Assembly (NCBI GenBank): GCA_032128115.1
Contig: JAQBHB010000098.1
Span: 70,642 to 134,641 of the forward strand
Direction: 5' to 3'
Length of the DNA stretch: 64,000 nt
Origin: Deltaproteobacteria bacterium
Lineage (GTDB): Bacteria; Myxococcota_A; UBA9160; SMWR01
Part shown: positions 1 to 9,263 of the stretch, piece after piece
How the letters are laid out: each line of letters begins with the position of its first letter
Numbering within the stretch: the stretch's first letter is position 1
Made by a program: the position numbers and the translations under genes
The notes under the pieces: generated by a model
What the model was told of the DNA's origin: nothing
Database searches by the model: none
The model's input: only the letters and a program-made list of their open reading frames with translations

Positions 1-633
1 CAACGGCAGGGGCTGGCTCTCGGCCTCCGACGCGATCGCGATCACGTCCACGCGCCCGTAGAGCCGCGCCACCTGGGTCCGGGTTCGCCGGCCGTCGGTG
101 GCCTCCAGCGGGAAGCGGTCGCCACAGGCGGGAATCAGGATGTCGTGGAGCCCCTTGCACGCGTCGCGCGGATTGCCCACCCAGCCCACGCGCAGTCGCC
201 CGCGTCGGCGGCGTGTGGATCGGAACCGATCGAGCTCGACGCCGTTGGGACAGTGGAAGACCCGCTCGCGAACGCTCTTCAGCTGTTCGAAAAGCCGCCC
301 ACAGGGCGTCGTGACCCAGGCGCAGTCGGCCAGGTGGGTCTCGACGAAGCGTTCGAGGGAGAGCCGTCCGAAGCGCTCCTCCAGGGCCCAGCGGTAGCTG
401 GCCACCTCCTTGATCACGCGCTCGGGCGGGAACCCGAACTGCTGGTGGTGGGTCTCGCCCCAGAAGAACACGTAGAGCAGGTCGGTGCGATCCGGGTCGA
501 GCCGGGGCTTGCGGCTCGTGTACTCGATTTCGATCTCGAAGCGGTCCGCGAGCCGTACGGCGAGCGAACGCGCCACCGAGTCGAAGGCCCAGTTCGGAAA
601 GTCCGCCAGGAAGGTGATGCGCGGCTTTACCAC
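1..633 (-). CDS. Glycosyltransferase family 4 (GT-B), 3' end runs off the window
   Basis: Not in ORF track; manual translation from GTG at 633: MVKPRITFLADFPNWAFDSVA...HCPNGVELDRF...LRVGWVGNP...KGL...DVIAIASEAESQPLPL, typical GT4 motifs. Confidence 0.8.
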   Translation of the reverse strand, partial: MVKPRITFLADFPNWAFDSVARSLAVRLADRFEIEIEYTSRKPRLDPDRTDLLYVFFWGETHHQQFGFPPERVIKEVASYRWALEERFGRLSLERFVETHLADCAWVTTPCGRLFEQLKSVRERVFHCPNGVELDRFRSTRRRRGRLRVGWVGNPRDACKGLHDILIPACGDRFPLEATDGRRTRTQVARLYGRVDVIAIASEAESQPLPL

Positions 634-851
634 GCCACCACACGCGGCGGCGCGTCCACGGGCAACGAATCGGCTGAGACGGTTGTCATCAAAGGGTTTT
701 TCGGCGTTCGGGCCTCCGATCTTGAACGCCGCGCAGAGCCCCTCGCGAGCGTGAATTCCTTCGCTTTTCGGGGGACTTCCGGCGATTTCTACGCCTCAAG
801 CGCGGCTCGGGCCCGGCCGATGCGGAGAGCGGGCGGGAGCCCGGGGGGAAG

Positions 852-2234
852 GTGAGGATCGATCTCAAGACCGTTCCGCTGCTCCACGTGGCGGCGGACG
901 CCGCGCTCGTGTCGTTGGGCTGGCTGGGCGCGTACGCGATCCGCTACGCGCTCAACGACGTTTTCGGAACGCCCATCAACCCGCCCGAAGCCTACGTGGG
1001 GGCGCTTCCTCTCGTGGTCGGGCCGTGGATCTTCTCGTGTTGGCTGTTCGGCATCTACCGCAGTGCGCGCATGAAAACGGGAGTCGACGAACTCCAGACC
1101 CTGCTGCGCGGCGTGGCCCTGGGCCTGCTGGTGGTGAGTTCGATCAGCTTCTTCTTCCGCGAACTCCAGTTCGGGCGCTTCGTAGTGGTTGCGAGTGCCG
1201 GGCTGAGCCTCGTGCTCCAGGGCGGCAGCCGGATCCTGTTCCATCGCCTGGAACGGAACCTGCGGCGTTCCGGCGACCACGATGTGCCCGCGCTGATCGT
1301 GGGCACGGGCGTCACCGCGATCCGTTTGATCCAGAAGCTCCAGGATCACCCGGAGATCGGCTACCGCGTGGTGGGGTTCGTGGACGATCTGGAGGATCCC
1401 GAGCCCAAGGACGTGGCCGGTCGGCCGGTGTTGGGGCGCATCGATGCGCTGCGCGCCGTGGCGCAGGAGCACGGGGTGCGGGAGATCTTCGTGGCGGCTC
1501 CATCCCTGAAGCACAACCACATGCTCTCGTTGGTGCTCGATTGCGAGGAGCTGGGAATCACGTTCCGGGTGGTGACCGACCTGTTCGAGGTGTTGACCGC
1601 CGGAACCAGCATCGACCTGGTGGACGACCTGCCGCTGGTGCGGTTGGGACGCCAGTCGGTGCATCCGCTCTACGCGCCCTTGAAGCGCGCCCTGGACCTT
1701 GTCGGTGCGCTTGCGGCCCTGCTGCTGACGGCGCCCCTCATGCTCTGGAGCGCCGCGCGTATCCGCATGGAGAGCCCGGGGGCGGCGCTGTTCGCCCACG
1801 AGCGGGTGGGCCGCGACGGGCAGACGTTTCGCATGTACAAGTTCCGCACCATGTGGAACCACGTGGACCCGAGCGCCGTGTCACCGGTGGACCGGGCCGA
1901 CGCGCGCATCACTTGCTGTGGCCGTTGGCTGCGCGCCACCAGCATCGACGAGCTTCCCCAGCTCTTCAACGTGATTCGCGGCGAGATGTCGCTGGTGGGG
2001 CCGCGCCCGGAGATGCCCTTCATCGTGCGCGACTACGACGAATGGCAGCGCCGGCGCCTGGCCGTCAAGCCCGGAATCACCGGCCTGTGGCAGATCCTGG
2101 GCCGCAAGGATCTGCCCATGCACGAAAACCTGCAGTACGACTTCTATTACATCCGGAACCGATCTCTCGGACTCGATGTGTCGATCCTGCTGCGGACGGT
2201 GGGCGCGGTGGTCGCCAGGCGCGGAGCGTTCTGA
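852..2234 (+). CDS. Undecaprenyl-phosphate sugar phosphotransferase (WcaJ/WbaP-like priming glycosyltransferase)
   Basis: N-terminal TM helices, ALIVGTG CoA-binding-like domain, KRALD, KFRTM, SIDELPQLFNVIRGEMSLVGPRPE, KPGITGLWQ. Confidence 0.95.
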   Translation: MRIDLKTVPLLHVAADAALVSLGWLGAYAIRYALNDVFGTPINPPEAYVGALPLVVGPWIFSCWLFGIYRSARMKTGVDELQTLLRGVALGLLVVSSISFFFRELQFGRFVVVASAGLSLVLQGGSRILFHRLERNLRRSGDHDVPALIVGTGVTAIRLIQKLQDHPEIGYRVVGFVDDLEDPEPKDVAGRPVLGRIDALRAVAQEHGVREIFVAAPSLKHNHMLSLVLDCEELGITFRVVTDLFEVLTAGTSIDLVDDLPLVRLGRQSVHPLYAPLKRALDLVGALAALLLTAPLMLWSAARIRMESPGAALFAHERVGRDGQTFRMYKFRTMWNHVDPSAVSPVDRADARITCCGRWLRATSIDELPQLFNVIRGEMSLVGPRPEMPFIVRDYDEWQRRRLAVKPGITGLWQILGRKDLPMHENLQYDFYYIRNRSLGLDVSILLRTVGAVVARRGAF

Positions 2235-2237
2235 TCC

Positions 2238-3131
2238 GTGGCTCCCGCGATCTCGGTCTGCATCGCCACGTATCGACGGCGAGAGGGGCTCGCGCGTCTG
2301 TTGGCGAGTCTGGCGGACCTCGAGCTTCCCGACGGTGTGGAGATCGAGATCGTGGTGGTGGACAACGATGCCGAGGGCTCGGCGACGCCGGTTCTCGACG
2401 CCTGGTCGGGCCCGCACCCGATGCGCTCGCTCCAGGATCCGTGGAAGAACCTGTCCCACGTGCGCAACCGCGCCGTGGAGGCGGCGCGCGGGGAGTGGGT
2501 TGCCTTCATCGATGACGACGAGGTGGCCGACCCCGCATGGCTGGCTGCCTACTGGAGTTGCATCGCGCTCGAGGACTGCGAGGGCTGGTTCGGACCGGTG
2601 GTTACGGTAATGGAGCCGGGGGGAACGCCGTGGATCGATCCCCAGCGTTTCTTCCAGCGGCCGCGCCACGTCACCGGAACTTCCGCAGCACTTTCAGATG
2701 TGCGCACGGCCAATGGGTTCGTGCGCCGCGACCTGGTGGCGGCGCACCGCTTCGATCCGGCCTACGGGACGCCGGGGGACGCCGCCGAGGACCGGGAGTT
2801 CTTCGGACGCCTGATGGCTGCGGGGGCGCGCTTCCGTTGGTGTGACGAGGCCAGCGTCACCGAGTTCGTGACGGCGGATCGCCGCAGCATGGCGTGGATC
2901 ACCCATCGCGCGCTGATGGGAGGCCGCCTGACGGCACGCATTGCAAGTCGCCAGGGGGGGCGCTGGGGCGGCACACGCGCCGGTGTGCGTGCGGTTCTGG
3001 CTCTGCTGGCCCTGGGGGTGGCACTTCCCGCGTCGATCCTTTGCGGCCGTTCGACTGCGGCGCGCGTGTGGTTCCGCCTTTGCATCCAGGCGGGGCGCCT
3101 CCAGGAACTCGCGGGCCTGAATTCGAGTTGA
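2238..3131 (+). CDS. Glycosyltransferase family 2 (ExoM-like)
   Basis: ISVCIATYRR, VVVDND, RNRAV, FIDDDE (DxD), AED. Confidence 0.9.
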   Translation: MAPAISVCIATYRRREGLARLLASLADLELPDGVEIEIVVVDNDAEGSATPVLDAWSGPHPMRSLQDPWKNLSHVRNRAVEAARGEWVAFIDDDEVADPAWLAAYWSCIALEDCEGWFGPVVTVMEPGGTPWIDPQRFFQRPRHVTGTSAALSDVRTANGFVRRDLVAAHRFDPAYGTPGDAAEDREFFGRLMAAGARFRWCDEASVTEFVTADRRSMAWITHRALMGGRLTARIASRQGGRWGGTRAGVRAVLALLALGVALPASILCGRSTAARVWFRLCIQAGRLQELAGLNSS

Positions 3132-3158
3132 CTTCGCTGGCCTGAATTCGAGTTGACT
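3114..3158. repeat. 20-bp direct repeat (period 25) duplicating the GT2 3' end including its stop codon
   Basis: GGCCTGAATTCGAGTTGACT at 3114-3133 and 3139-3158; stop TGA 3129-3131. Confidence 0.9.
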
Positions 3159-3171
3159 GGACTGCGCTCGC

Positions 3172-4365
3172 CTACGCAGTTTCCAGGGCGCTCGCGCGCT
3201 CGGGTGGGGCAGCGGCGTGCTGTACGGCGCGACGGATTCCGTCGGCCATGCGCTCGGGGCGGAAGCGTCCCGCCGTGTCGCGCGCGGCGTCTCGCAATGC
3301 TTCCCGGTCTTCCGACTCCATCGCCTCGCGCAACGTCCGGGCGAACTCCTGGGGATCGTGAGGATCGAAGTGCCAGCCGTTTTCCCCGGGGCGCACCAGA
3401 TCGTCGGCGCAGCCGGCCAGGCGCGAGCACAACACCGGAAGCCCGCTGGCCAGGGCCTCGTTCACCACCAGGCCCCACGGATCGCCAAGGCTCGAGAACA
3501 CCAGCAGATCCGAGGCCGCGTAATAGCCCGCCACCTCGTCAGGGGGAACCGTGGGCGTGTGAGCGATCTCGCCACGGTCCGCGGAGGCTTCGGCCTCGCG
3601 CAGCAATGCCTCCAGCGGGCCGCTGCCCACGAACAGGAGTGTCCAGCGCGCGCGCAGCTCCTCGGGCAGCCACTCCCAGGCCTGGATCAGCGGTGCGACG
3701 CCCTTCATGGGGACCAGGCGTCCCACCACCAGTGCGATCCGCTCCCGGCAACCCAGACGCTCCTGCAGCGACGCGCGCAGGGCCTCGGGCTCGCAGCCCT
3801 CGACTGCGCGCACCACGGAGTCGTGGTCGCAGGCGTTGGGGGCGTCGAAGATCCGCTCGCTGGGAACACCCAGCCCCGAGAGCACGTCGCGGGCCTGGCG
3901 ACCCATGCCCACCACCGCCTGTGCATTCGCCAGCAGGAAGCGCCGCCAGAGCCGCTGCAGGGGGCCCGCACCGGTGGCGCCCACCCGAGAGTGGTAGCTC
4001 CAGATCACCAGGGGGGTCCCGGTCAGGCGCGCGTACAGCAGTGCGATCAGTGTGCGCGCTCCCAATTCGGCACTGATCACCACGTCCGGGGCGAAGCGGC
4101 GCAGGGCGGCCGGAAGGCCCGTGGGGATGTGCAGGGTCGTGATCTGGTGGTAGAGCGCGCGGCCGCGGGCCCGGATGCGACGCCGCAACGCGAAGCCCGT
4201 CACGCGCTCCACGTCGAGCGATCCGCGCTCCACCTGCCAGCTGCGGTCGAATTCGCTCTCGGCGTTCACCATCACACGCAGCTCCCAGCCGGGGGTCGCC
4301 GCCAGAATTTCGTAGACCGGCACGCGATAGGGCGTGAGGATGTTGGTGAGCAGGGCAACGCGCAC
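3172..4365 (-). CDS. Glycosyltransferase family 4
   Basis: NILTPYR, VGRLVPMKG, VGSGP, DPWGLVVNEALASGLPV. Confidence 0.92.
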   Translation of the reverse strand: MRVALLTNILTPYRVPVYEILAATPGWELRVMVNAESEFDRSWQVERGSLDVERVTGFALRRRIRARGRALYHQITTLHIPTGLPAALRRFAPDVVISAELGARTLIALLYARLTGTPLVIWSYHSRVGATGAGPLQRLWRRFLLANAQAVVGMGRQARDVLSGLGVPSERIFDAPNACDHDSVVRAVEGCEPEALRASLQERLGCRERIALVVGRLVPMKGVAPLIQAWEWLPEELRARWTLLFVGSGPLEALLREAEASADRGEIAHTPTVPPDEVAGYYAASDLLVFSSLGDPWGLVVNEALASGLPVLCSRLAGCADDLVRPGENGWHFDPHDPQEFARTLREAMESEDREALRDAARDTAGRFRPERMADGIRRAVQHAAAPPERASALETA

Positions 4366-4366
4366 G

Positions 4367-6112
4367 TCAGTAGCTCTTGTAGAACTGCAGCGGGGCGAGG
4401 CCCGGCGGGTCGTTCAGCGCCAACACCAGCACGCCCTCGGGCACGTCCTCGACGAAATCGGCGGTGTGGTCTCCCGAGTCGAACGCAAGCACGTCGCCAG
4501 GCCCGAGAAGCTGCCCGTCGATGCGCACCGAGTGGGGGCCGCGGGCGGGGATCCAGCGGTAGTGCCCCGGGACGATCAGCTCGAACACGCTGCGGGTGCC
4601 GCGGGCGCCCGCAAGACGGCGCCCGGCCACGAACACCGAGGCGCGGTAGGGCTGGTAGTTCTCGGCCCAGAAGCGGCGCAATTCGACCGGAAACTGGTTC
4701 AGCCGGAACGACTCCACCAGAAACGAGATGGGCTCGGCCCGGAACGCGCCCAGCATCTGCTCGCTGTTGCGCTCGCGGTCGGCGCCGGCGAAGCGCCGAT
4801 AGATGGTCTCGGAGAAGTGGGTCGCGATCGGCTGTCCGGCGGCGTGGCAGAAGAGCGCGCTCTCCGGCTGGAAGCCGGCTTCCCCGCTGCCGAAGTTGCG
4901 GTGCGCGAACCCCAGGCTCTCGCGTTGCACGGCCTGGGTGTCGCCGCGCATCAGGGCCATCTGGAGCAGGCCCGGCACCCCGAGCAGCAGCCACCAGGCG
5001 GCGACCACCGCGGGTGCCCCGCGGCCGAGGGGCTCAAGCACCCCGCGAATCGGGCCCCGCGCGGCGGCGAAGGCAACGGCCGGAAACAGCCCCAGTGTCA
5101 TCCAGAAGTAGAAGAAGGCGGCCGCGTGAAACGCTGCCACCGCGGCCCCCAATGCCAGCACGGCCCACGCCAGGACCACCGGCACACGCCACTCGGGTCG
5201 CCGTTGCACGCTGTAGCCGGTGGCGACGGCGAGCCCCGCCAGCATCACCATCTGCGGAGCCAGCGTCGGAAGCATGTCCAGGTACTGGCTGTAACCGATC
5301 GTGTTCCGATAGAACTCGAAGACCGACAGGCCTCGGCTCACGTAGGCCTGGGGCATCACCTGTTGCGAGGTGTGGATCTCGGGAACCTGGAAAGCCGCGC
5401 TCACCGCGAAACGGAAGGCGGCGAACGCCACTCCGAAACCGAGCGCGCACAGACCCGCGCGCACGGCCTCGCGGCCCGGGCGCAGCTCGCGGCGCAGGAA
5501 CAGCTGACCCAGGGCGAGCACGCCCATCAGGGTCGCCACGTAGAAGAGCTTCTGCGACGACAGGTACCCCACGCCGAAGAGCAGTCCCGCCGCCAGGGCC
5601 AGCGTTGGGCGCCGCCGCGACGCCAGGAGCACGGCTCCCCCCAGCGTGCCTCCGGCCAGGGCGATCTGGTCCGAACGAACCTGGATCGACCACTCGAGAA
5701 AGGCGGGCACGCAGGCCAGCAGCAGCACGCCCAGCAGGGCGTCGCCGCGGCGGCGCGATGCGTCGGGTTGCAGCTCGAAGAGCACCGCCGCGAGCCCGGC
5801 CAGGAAGAGCCCGGTAAAGCCGAGCCACAGCAGGCGTGCATGCTGGATTGCCAGGATCTCGTCCTCGCAGTCGGCGACGAATGGGAGCAGCACGATGGCC
5901 GCCAGGCCCGGACGGCCCCCGCCATACAGCTGACCGGTCTCCGACATGTGGCGGGCGCCCTTGAGCAGGGCGAATTCGTCCCAGTTCACGGATTCGTGGC
6001 CGATGGCCCAGAGGCGCAGACCCAGAACCACCACGAGCGAGGCGGCCAGCGTCCACGCGAGCGCCGCCCCCCGCAGGCGCGGCGGCGGCATCGCCCCGGT
6101 CTTCATCGACAT
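4367..6112 (-). CDS. Polytopic membrane protein, probable GT-C fold glycosyltransferase
   Basis: About 11-13 hydrophobic segments, NWDE motif after TM1, soluble C-terminal domain, adjacent to GT genes. Confidence 0.6.
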   Translation of the reverse strand: MSMKTGAMPPPRLRGAALAWTLAASLVVVLGLRLWAIGHESVNWDEFALLKGARHMSETGQLYGGGRPGLAAIVLLPFVADCEDEILAIQHARLLWLGFTGLFLAGLAAVLFELQPDASRRRGDALLGVLLLACVPAFLEWSIQVRSDQIALAGGTLGGAVLLASRRRPTLALAAGLLFGVGYLSSQKLFYVATLMGVLALGQLFLRRELRPGREAVRAGLCALGFGVAFAAFRFAVSAAFQVPEIHTSQQVMPQAYVSRGLSVFEFYRNTIGYSQYLDMLPTLAPQMVMLAGLAVATGYSVQRRPEWRVPVVLAWAVLALGAAVAAFHAAAFFYFWMTLGLFPAVAFAAARGPIRGVLEPLGRGAPAVVAAWWLLLGVPGLLQMALMRGDTQAVQRESLGFAHRNFGSGEAGFQPESALFCHAAGQPIATHFSETIYRRFAGADRERNSEQMLGAFRAEPISFLVESFRLNQFPVELRRFWAENYQPYRASVFVAGRRLAGARGTRSVFELIVPGHYRWIPARGPHSVRIDGQLLGPGDVLAFDSGDHTADFVEDVPEGVLVLALNDPPGLAPLQFYKSY

Positions 6113-6170
6113 GCAACTTCCCTCATAGGGGAAGATCGGGTCGGGATTCCCTGAGCTTGAGAGGCCCGGT

Positions 6171-6255
6171 GCCCAGGGCCCGAGCGGCTAGGGGCGCGCC
6201 GCCTGCAGGCCCAGGGCCCGGGCGGCTAGGGGCGCGCCGCCTGCAGGCCCAGGGC
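6171..6255. repeat. 38-bp tandem repeat (2.2 copies) duplicating the 3' end and stop of the 6226..6852 gene
   Basis: GCCCAGGGCCCG(A/G)GCGGCTAGGGGCGCGCCGCCTGCAG at 6171-6208 and 6209-6246, partial copy 6247-6255. Confidence 0.9.
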
Positions 6256-6852
6256 GGGCACGCGAGCCGAGGGTCGCGCTCGGCCGTGTTCGCGATAGAC
6301 CTGGCCCGTGTCGGTGAGGGTCAGCGCCACGACTCCGTCCGTTCGCCTGCGGGTCTCGATGACACCCTGCGCGGTGCGCAGCTTCACGGGCCCCTCCACG
6401 TCCACCAGCCGGATCGGCGCGCCCGTGGTGCGGGCGACCACGCCGCCTCGCACGCCCTCGACTTCGACGACGCCTCGGGCGGTCTGGATCTCGATGGCGA
6501 ACCCCGCCGGCACCAGGACCTGGACGTCCACACGGGGACCCGGGTGGATGAAGCGCAGCCACGGCTCGTCGGATCCGGTCAGGATCACGTCGCCGGGCTC
6601 GGAGCGGGCGGCGAAGTGCACGTTGCTCGATCCGAGCCCTCGAGCCCGGGCTTCGATCCACACCTCTCTTTCGTCGTGGGTCGAGATCCGGACGTCGCCG
6701 CGCTGGAGCACCACGTGCAGGGTTCCCGTGTCGCCGACCGGGAGGCGTTCGATGAACTCGTCTGCCGCTGCTCCTCCGGCCAGCGCGAAGCTGGCGAGCG
6801 CGAAGCTGGCCAGAAACGCAACGAGCGCAGCGACGGTTGTCGCGCGGTACAT
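6226..6852 (-). CDS. Secreted DUF4097/adhesin-like beta-strand repeat protein
   Basis: Signal peptide MYRATTVAALVAFLASFALASFALA; repeats like IQTARGVVEVEGVRGGVVARTTGAPIRLVDVEGPVKLRTAQG. Confidence 0.7.
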   Translation of the reverse strand: MYRATTVAALVAFLASFALASFALAGGAAADEFIERLPVGDTGTLHVVLQRGDVRISTHDEREVWIEARARGLGSSNVHFAARSEPGDVILTGSDEPWLRFIHPGPRVDVQVLVPAGFAIEIQTARGVVEVEGVRGGVVARTTGAPIRLVDVEGPVKLRTAQGVIETRRRTDGVVALTLTDTGQVYREHGRARPSARVPALGLQAARP

Positions 6853-7037
6853 GAAACGAACCCTCCGCCGTGCGGGGAGAGCAAGAGCTGTGCCATCGTG
6901 GCGGGCGGCGTCGATCGCGCTCGGCGCGTCGCAAGGGCTCCCGGCGCAGCCGGGCGCACCGAAATGGCTGCGCATGCAGCACCAGCCCTGCCAACTCCGG
7001 CGGCGCGGTGCCGCGAAAGTTGTCGGGGGAAGTCAGC

Positions 7038-8576
7038 GTGGATTCTCGGGTCGAGACCGCTTCGGGCAGGTTGTCTGGACGGCGCGAAGAGGGCGTCCGG
7101 GTTTTCCGGGGCATCCCGTACGCGAGCCCGCCGGTGGGCCGCCGGCGCTTTCGCCCGCCCGTGCCGCCGGAACCCTGGGCCGGAGTGCGCGACGCGACCC
7201 GGCCGTCGGCGTCCGCTCCCCAGAAGCCGGGAATCATCGCGGGCCTGCTGGGCGCAGGTGTCGAGCGCAGCGACGAGGACTGCCTGTCGCTCAACGTCTG
7301 GACACCGGGCCTCGACGCGGGCCGGCGTCCCGTGCTGGTCTGGCTCCACGGGGGTAGCTACCTGACCGGCTCGGGCTCGCTCCCACTCTACGAGGGCCGA
7401 CGCCTGGCGCAGCGAGGCGACGTGGTGGTCGTCACCCTGAACTACCGGCTCGGCGCCCTGGGATGGCTGGCGCTTCCGGCTCTGGCAGCGGAGGAGGGGG
7501 GCACCCTGGGAAACCTGGGCCTGCTGGACCAGATCGCGGCCCTCGAGTGGGTGAGAAACCAGATCGCGCTCTTCGGGGGCGACCCGGAACAGGTAACCGT
7601 GTTCGGGGAATCGGCGGGCGCCATGAGCGTGGGCGCCCTGTTGGGAGTGCCGCGAGCCCGCGGCCTGTTCCGGCGCGCCATCCTTCAGAGTGGCGCGGCC
7701 GCGAACGTGCACGATCGCGATGACGGAGTGCGCGCGGCCGAGACCTTCATGAAGGAGATGGGGCTCGCTCCGGGCGACGTGGCGGGTCTGCGCGCCGCGC
7801 CGGTGGAGGCGCTGATCGAGGCCCAGGACCGCTGCGGGCCCGCTCTGTCCTTTGTGGTGCCGGGCCTCGCGTTCCAACCGGTGGTCGACGGCGACCTGTT
7901 GCCGCGACAGCCACTGGATTCGCTCGCGGATCCGTCCTGGCCGGCGTTGCCGATCCTGATCGGCACCAATCGCGACGAGTGGAAGCTCTACGGCATCGGC
8001 GACCGGCGCGCGCGAGAGCTGGACGAGGCCGCGCTCCTGCGCCGCTGTCAACGCAACCTGCCCGGTGAGGACGCTTCGGGCCGCAGCCGCGCCGAGCGCG
8101 TGATCGAAACCTATCTCCTTGCCCGCACGGGGCGAGCGGGTGTTTCGCCTCCGGATCTGTGGTTCGCCATCGAGAGCGACCGGCACTTCCGCTATCCGGC
8201 CATGCGCCTGGCCGAGATCAATGCGAAGCGTCAATCCGACACCTACGCCTATTTCTTTACCTGGGAGTCGCCGGCCCTGGGTGGCGCCCTCGGCTCGTGT
8301 CACGCCATCGAGGTTCCGTTCGTGTTCGGGTGCATCGAGGATGGCCTGGTTCCGAAGTTCGTGGGCCGGGGGCCCGCGGTGAGCCGCCTGAGCCAGCAGA
8401 TCCAGGATGCCTGGATCGCCTTCGCACGGAGTGGCCGCCCGGGTCACACGGGCCCGGGCGACTGGCCCGCCTACGAGGCCGCTCGCCGCGCCACCCTGGT
8501 GCTTGGCGAGCAAACCTTCGTCGAGCATGCGCCTGCGGAAACCGAGCGCGCCCTGTGGGCCGATCTGGAAACCTGA
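7038..8576 (+). CDS. Carboxylesterase type B (pNB esterase-like)
   Basis: FRGIPYA, EDCLSLNVW, HGG oxyanion loop, GESAG nucleophile, H in GSCHAIEVPFVFG; GTG start at 7038. Confidence 0.95.
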   Translation: MDSRVETASGRLSGRREEGVRVFRGIPYASPPVGRRRFRPPVPPEPWAGVRDATRPSASAPQKPGIIAGLLGAGVERSDEDCLSLNVWTPGLDAGRRPVLVWLHGGSYLTGSGSLPLYEGRRLAQRGDVVVVTLNYRLGALGWLALPALAAEEGGTLGNLGLLDQIAALEWVRNQIALFGGDPEQVTVFGESAGAMSVGALLGVPRARGLFRRAILQSGAAANVHDRDDGVRAAETFMKEMGLAPGDVAGLRAAPVEALIEAQDRCGPALSFVVPGLAFQPVVDGDLLPRQPLDSLADPSWPALPILIGTNRDEWKLYGIGDRRARELDEAALLRRCQRNLPGEDASGRSRAERVIETYLLARTGRAGVSPPDLWFAIESDRHFRYPAMRLAEINAKRQSDTYAYFFTWESPALGGALGSCHAIEVPFVFGCIEDGLVPKFVGRGPAVSRLSQQIQDAWIAFARSGRPGHTGPGDWPAYEAARRATLVLGEQTFVEHAPAETERALWADLET

Positions 8577-8615
8577 TCGCCGCGGCGGAGCGGTCGTCGG
8601 GTATCATGCCGCGCG

Positions 8616-9263
8616 ATGATCGGCATCGGGCTGCTTCTGGCGTTTGCGTTGGCCTACGGCCTGATCCGCGTGGCGGCCGGCTATCCGCGACCGCCGCGGG
8701 CCTTTGGCTTCCTCATGCGGGGCGAGGCGGCCTTCCTGAGGGCGGCTGCGGAGGCCACCTATCCAGCCGCCGGCGCCATTCCGATCTCGGGCGGCGATGC
8801 AAAGATTTCCGAGTACGTGGATCGCCTGTTGGCTGCGTCCCACCCGCGGATCCGGCTCCAGATGCGGATGCTCTTCTTCCTGATGGAGCACGCCACGATC
8901 ATCCTCCCTGCGCCGGGACGCGGCGGCCGGCGCCGCTTCTCCTCGCTGGATCGCGATCAGCAGGCGGCGGTACTCGATGCCTGGGCCGAAAGCCCCTACT
9001 GGCAGCGGCGCCTGGTGTTTTCGAGCCTGCGCGCGATCCTGACCATGGGTTACTTCGCGCACCCGCCATTGCTCCGCCATCTGGGCGTGGCGCCCCTGGC
9101 CATCGACTCGCCCATCTGTGAAGCCGATCTGCTCTATCCGCGAATCGGCGCCATGCCCGCAACCATCGCTTACACCCGCGACGATCTCACGCCCGCGAGC
9201 GCCGGCACGCCGCTGGCCCTGGATGCCCCCCTCGATCCCCGCTACGCGGCCGAGGAAGCATGA
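8616..9263 (+). CDS. Gluconate 2-dehydrogenase subunit 3-like partner of the GMC oxidoreductase
   Basis: RRFSSLDRDQQAAVLDAW...LRAILTMGYF pattern; overlaps the GMC gene start. Confidence 0.6.
   Translation: MIGIGLLLAFALAYGLIRVAAGYPRPPRAFGFLMRGEAAFLRAAAEATYPAAGAIPISGGDAKISEYVDRLLAASHPRIRLQMRMLFFLMEHATIILPAPGRGGRRRFSSLDRDQQAAVLDAWAESPYWQRRLVFSSLRAILTMGYFAHPPLLRHLGVAPLAIDSPICEADLLYPRIGAMPATIAYTRDDLTPASAGTPLALDAPLDPRYAAEEA

Noticed and set aside
6171..6255. CRISPR array from the 38-bp (or 29-bp) repeats
   Set aside because: Head-to-tail copies with no spacers, only about 2 units, no cas genes
6783..6810. ASFAL-ASFAL repeat in a signal peptide and a 9-bp repeat near 30044-30061
   Set aside because: Short in-frame slippage repeats with no evident significance
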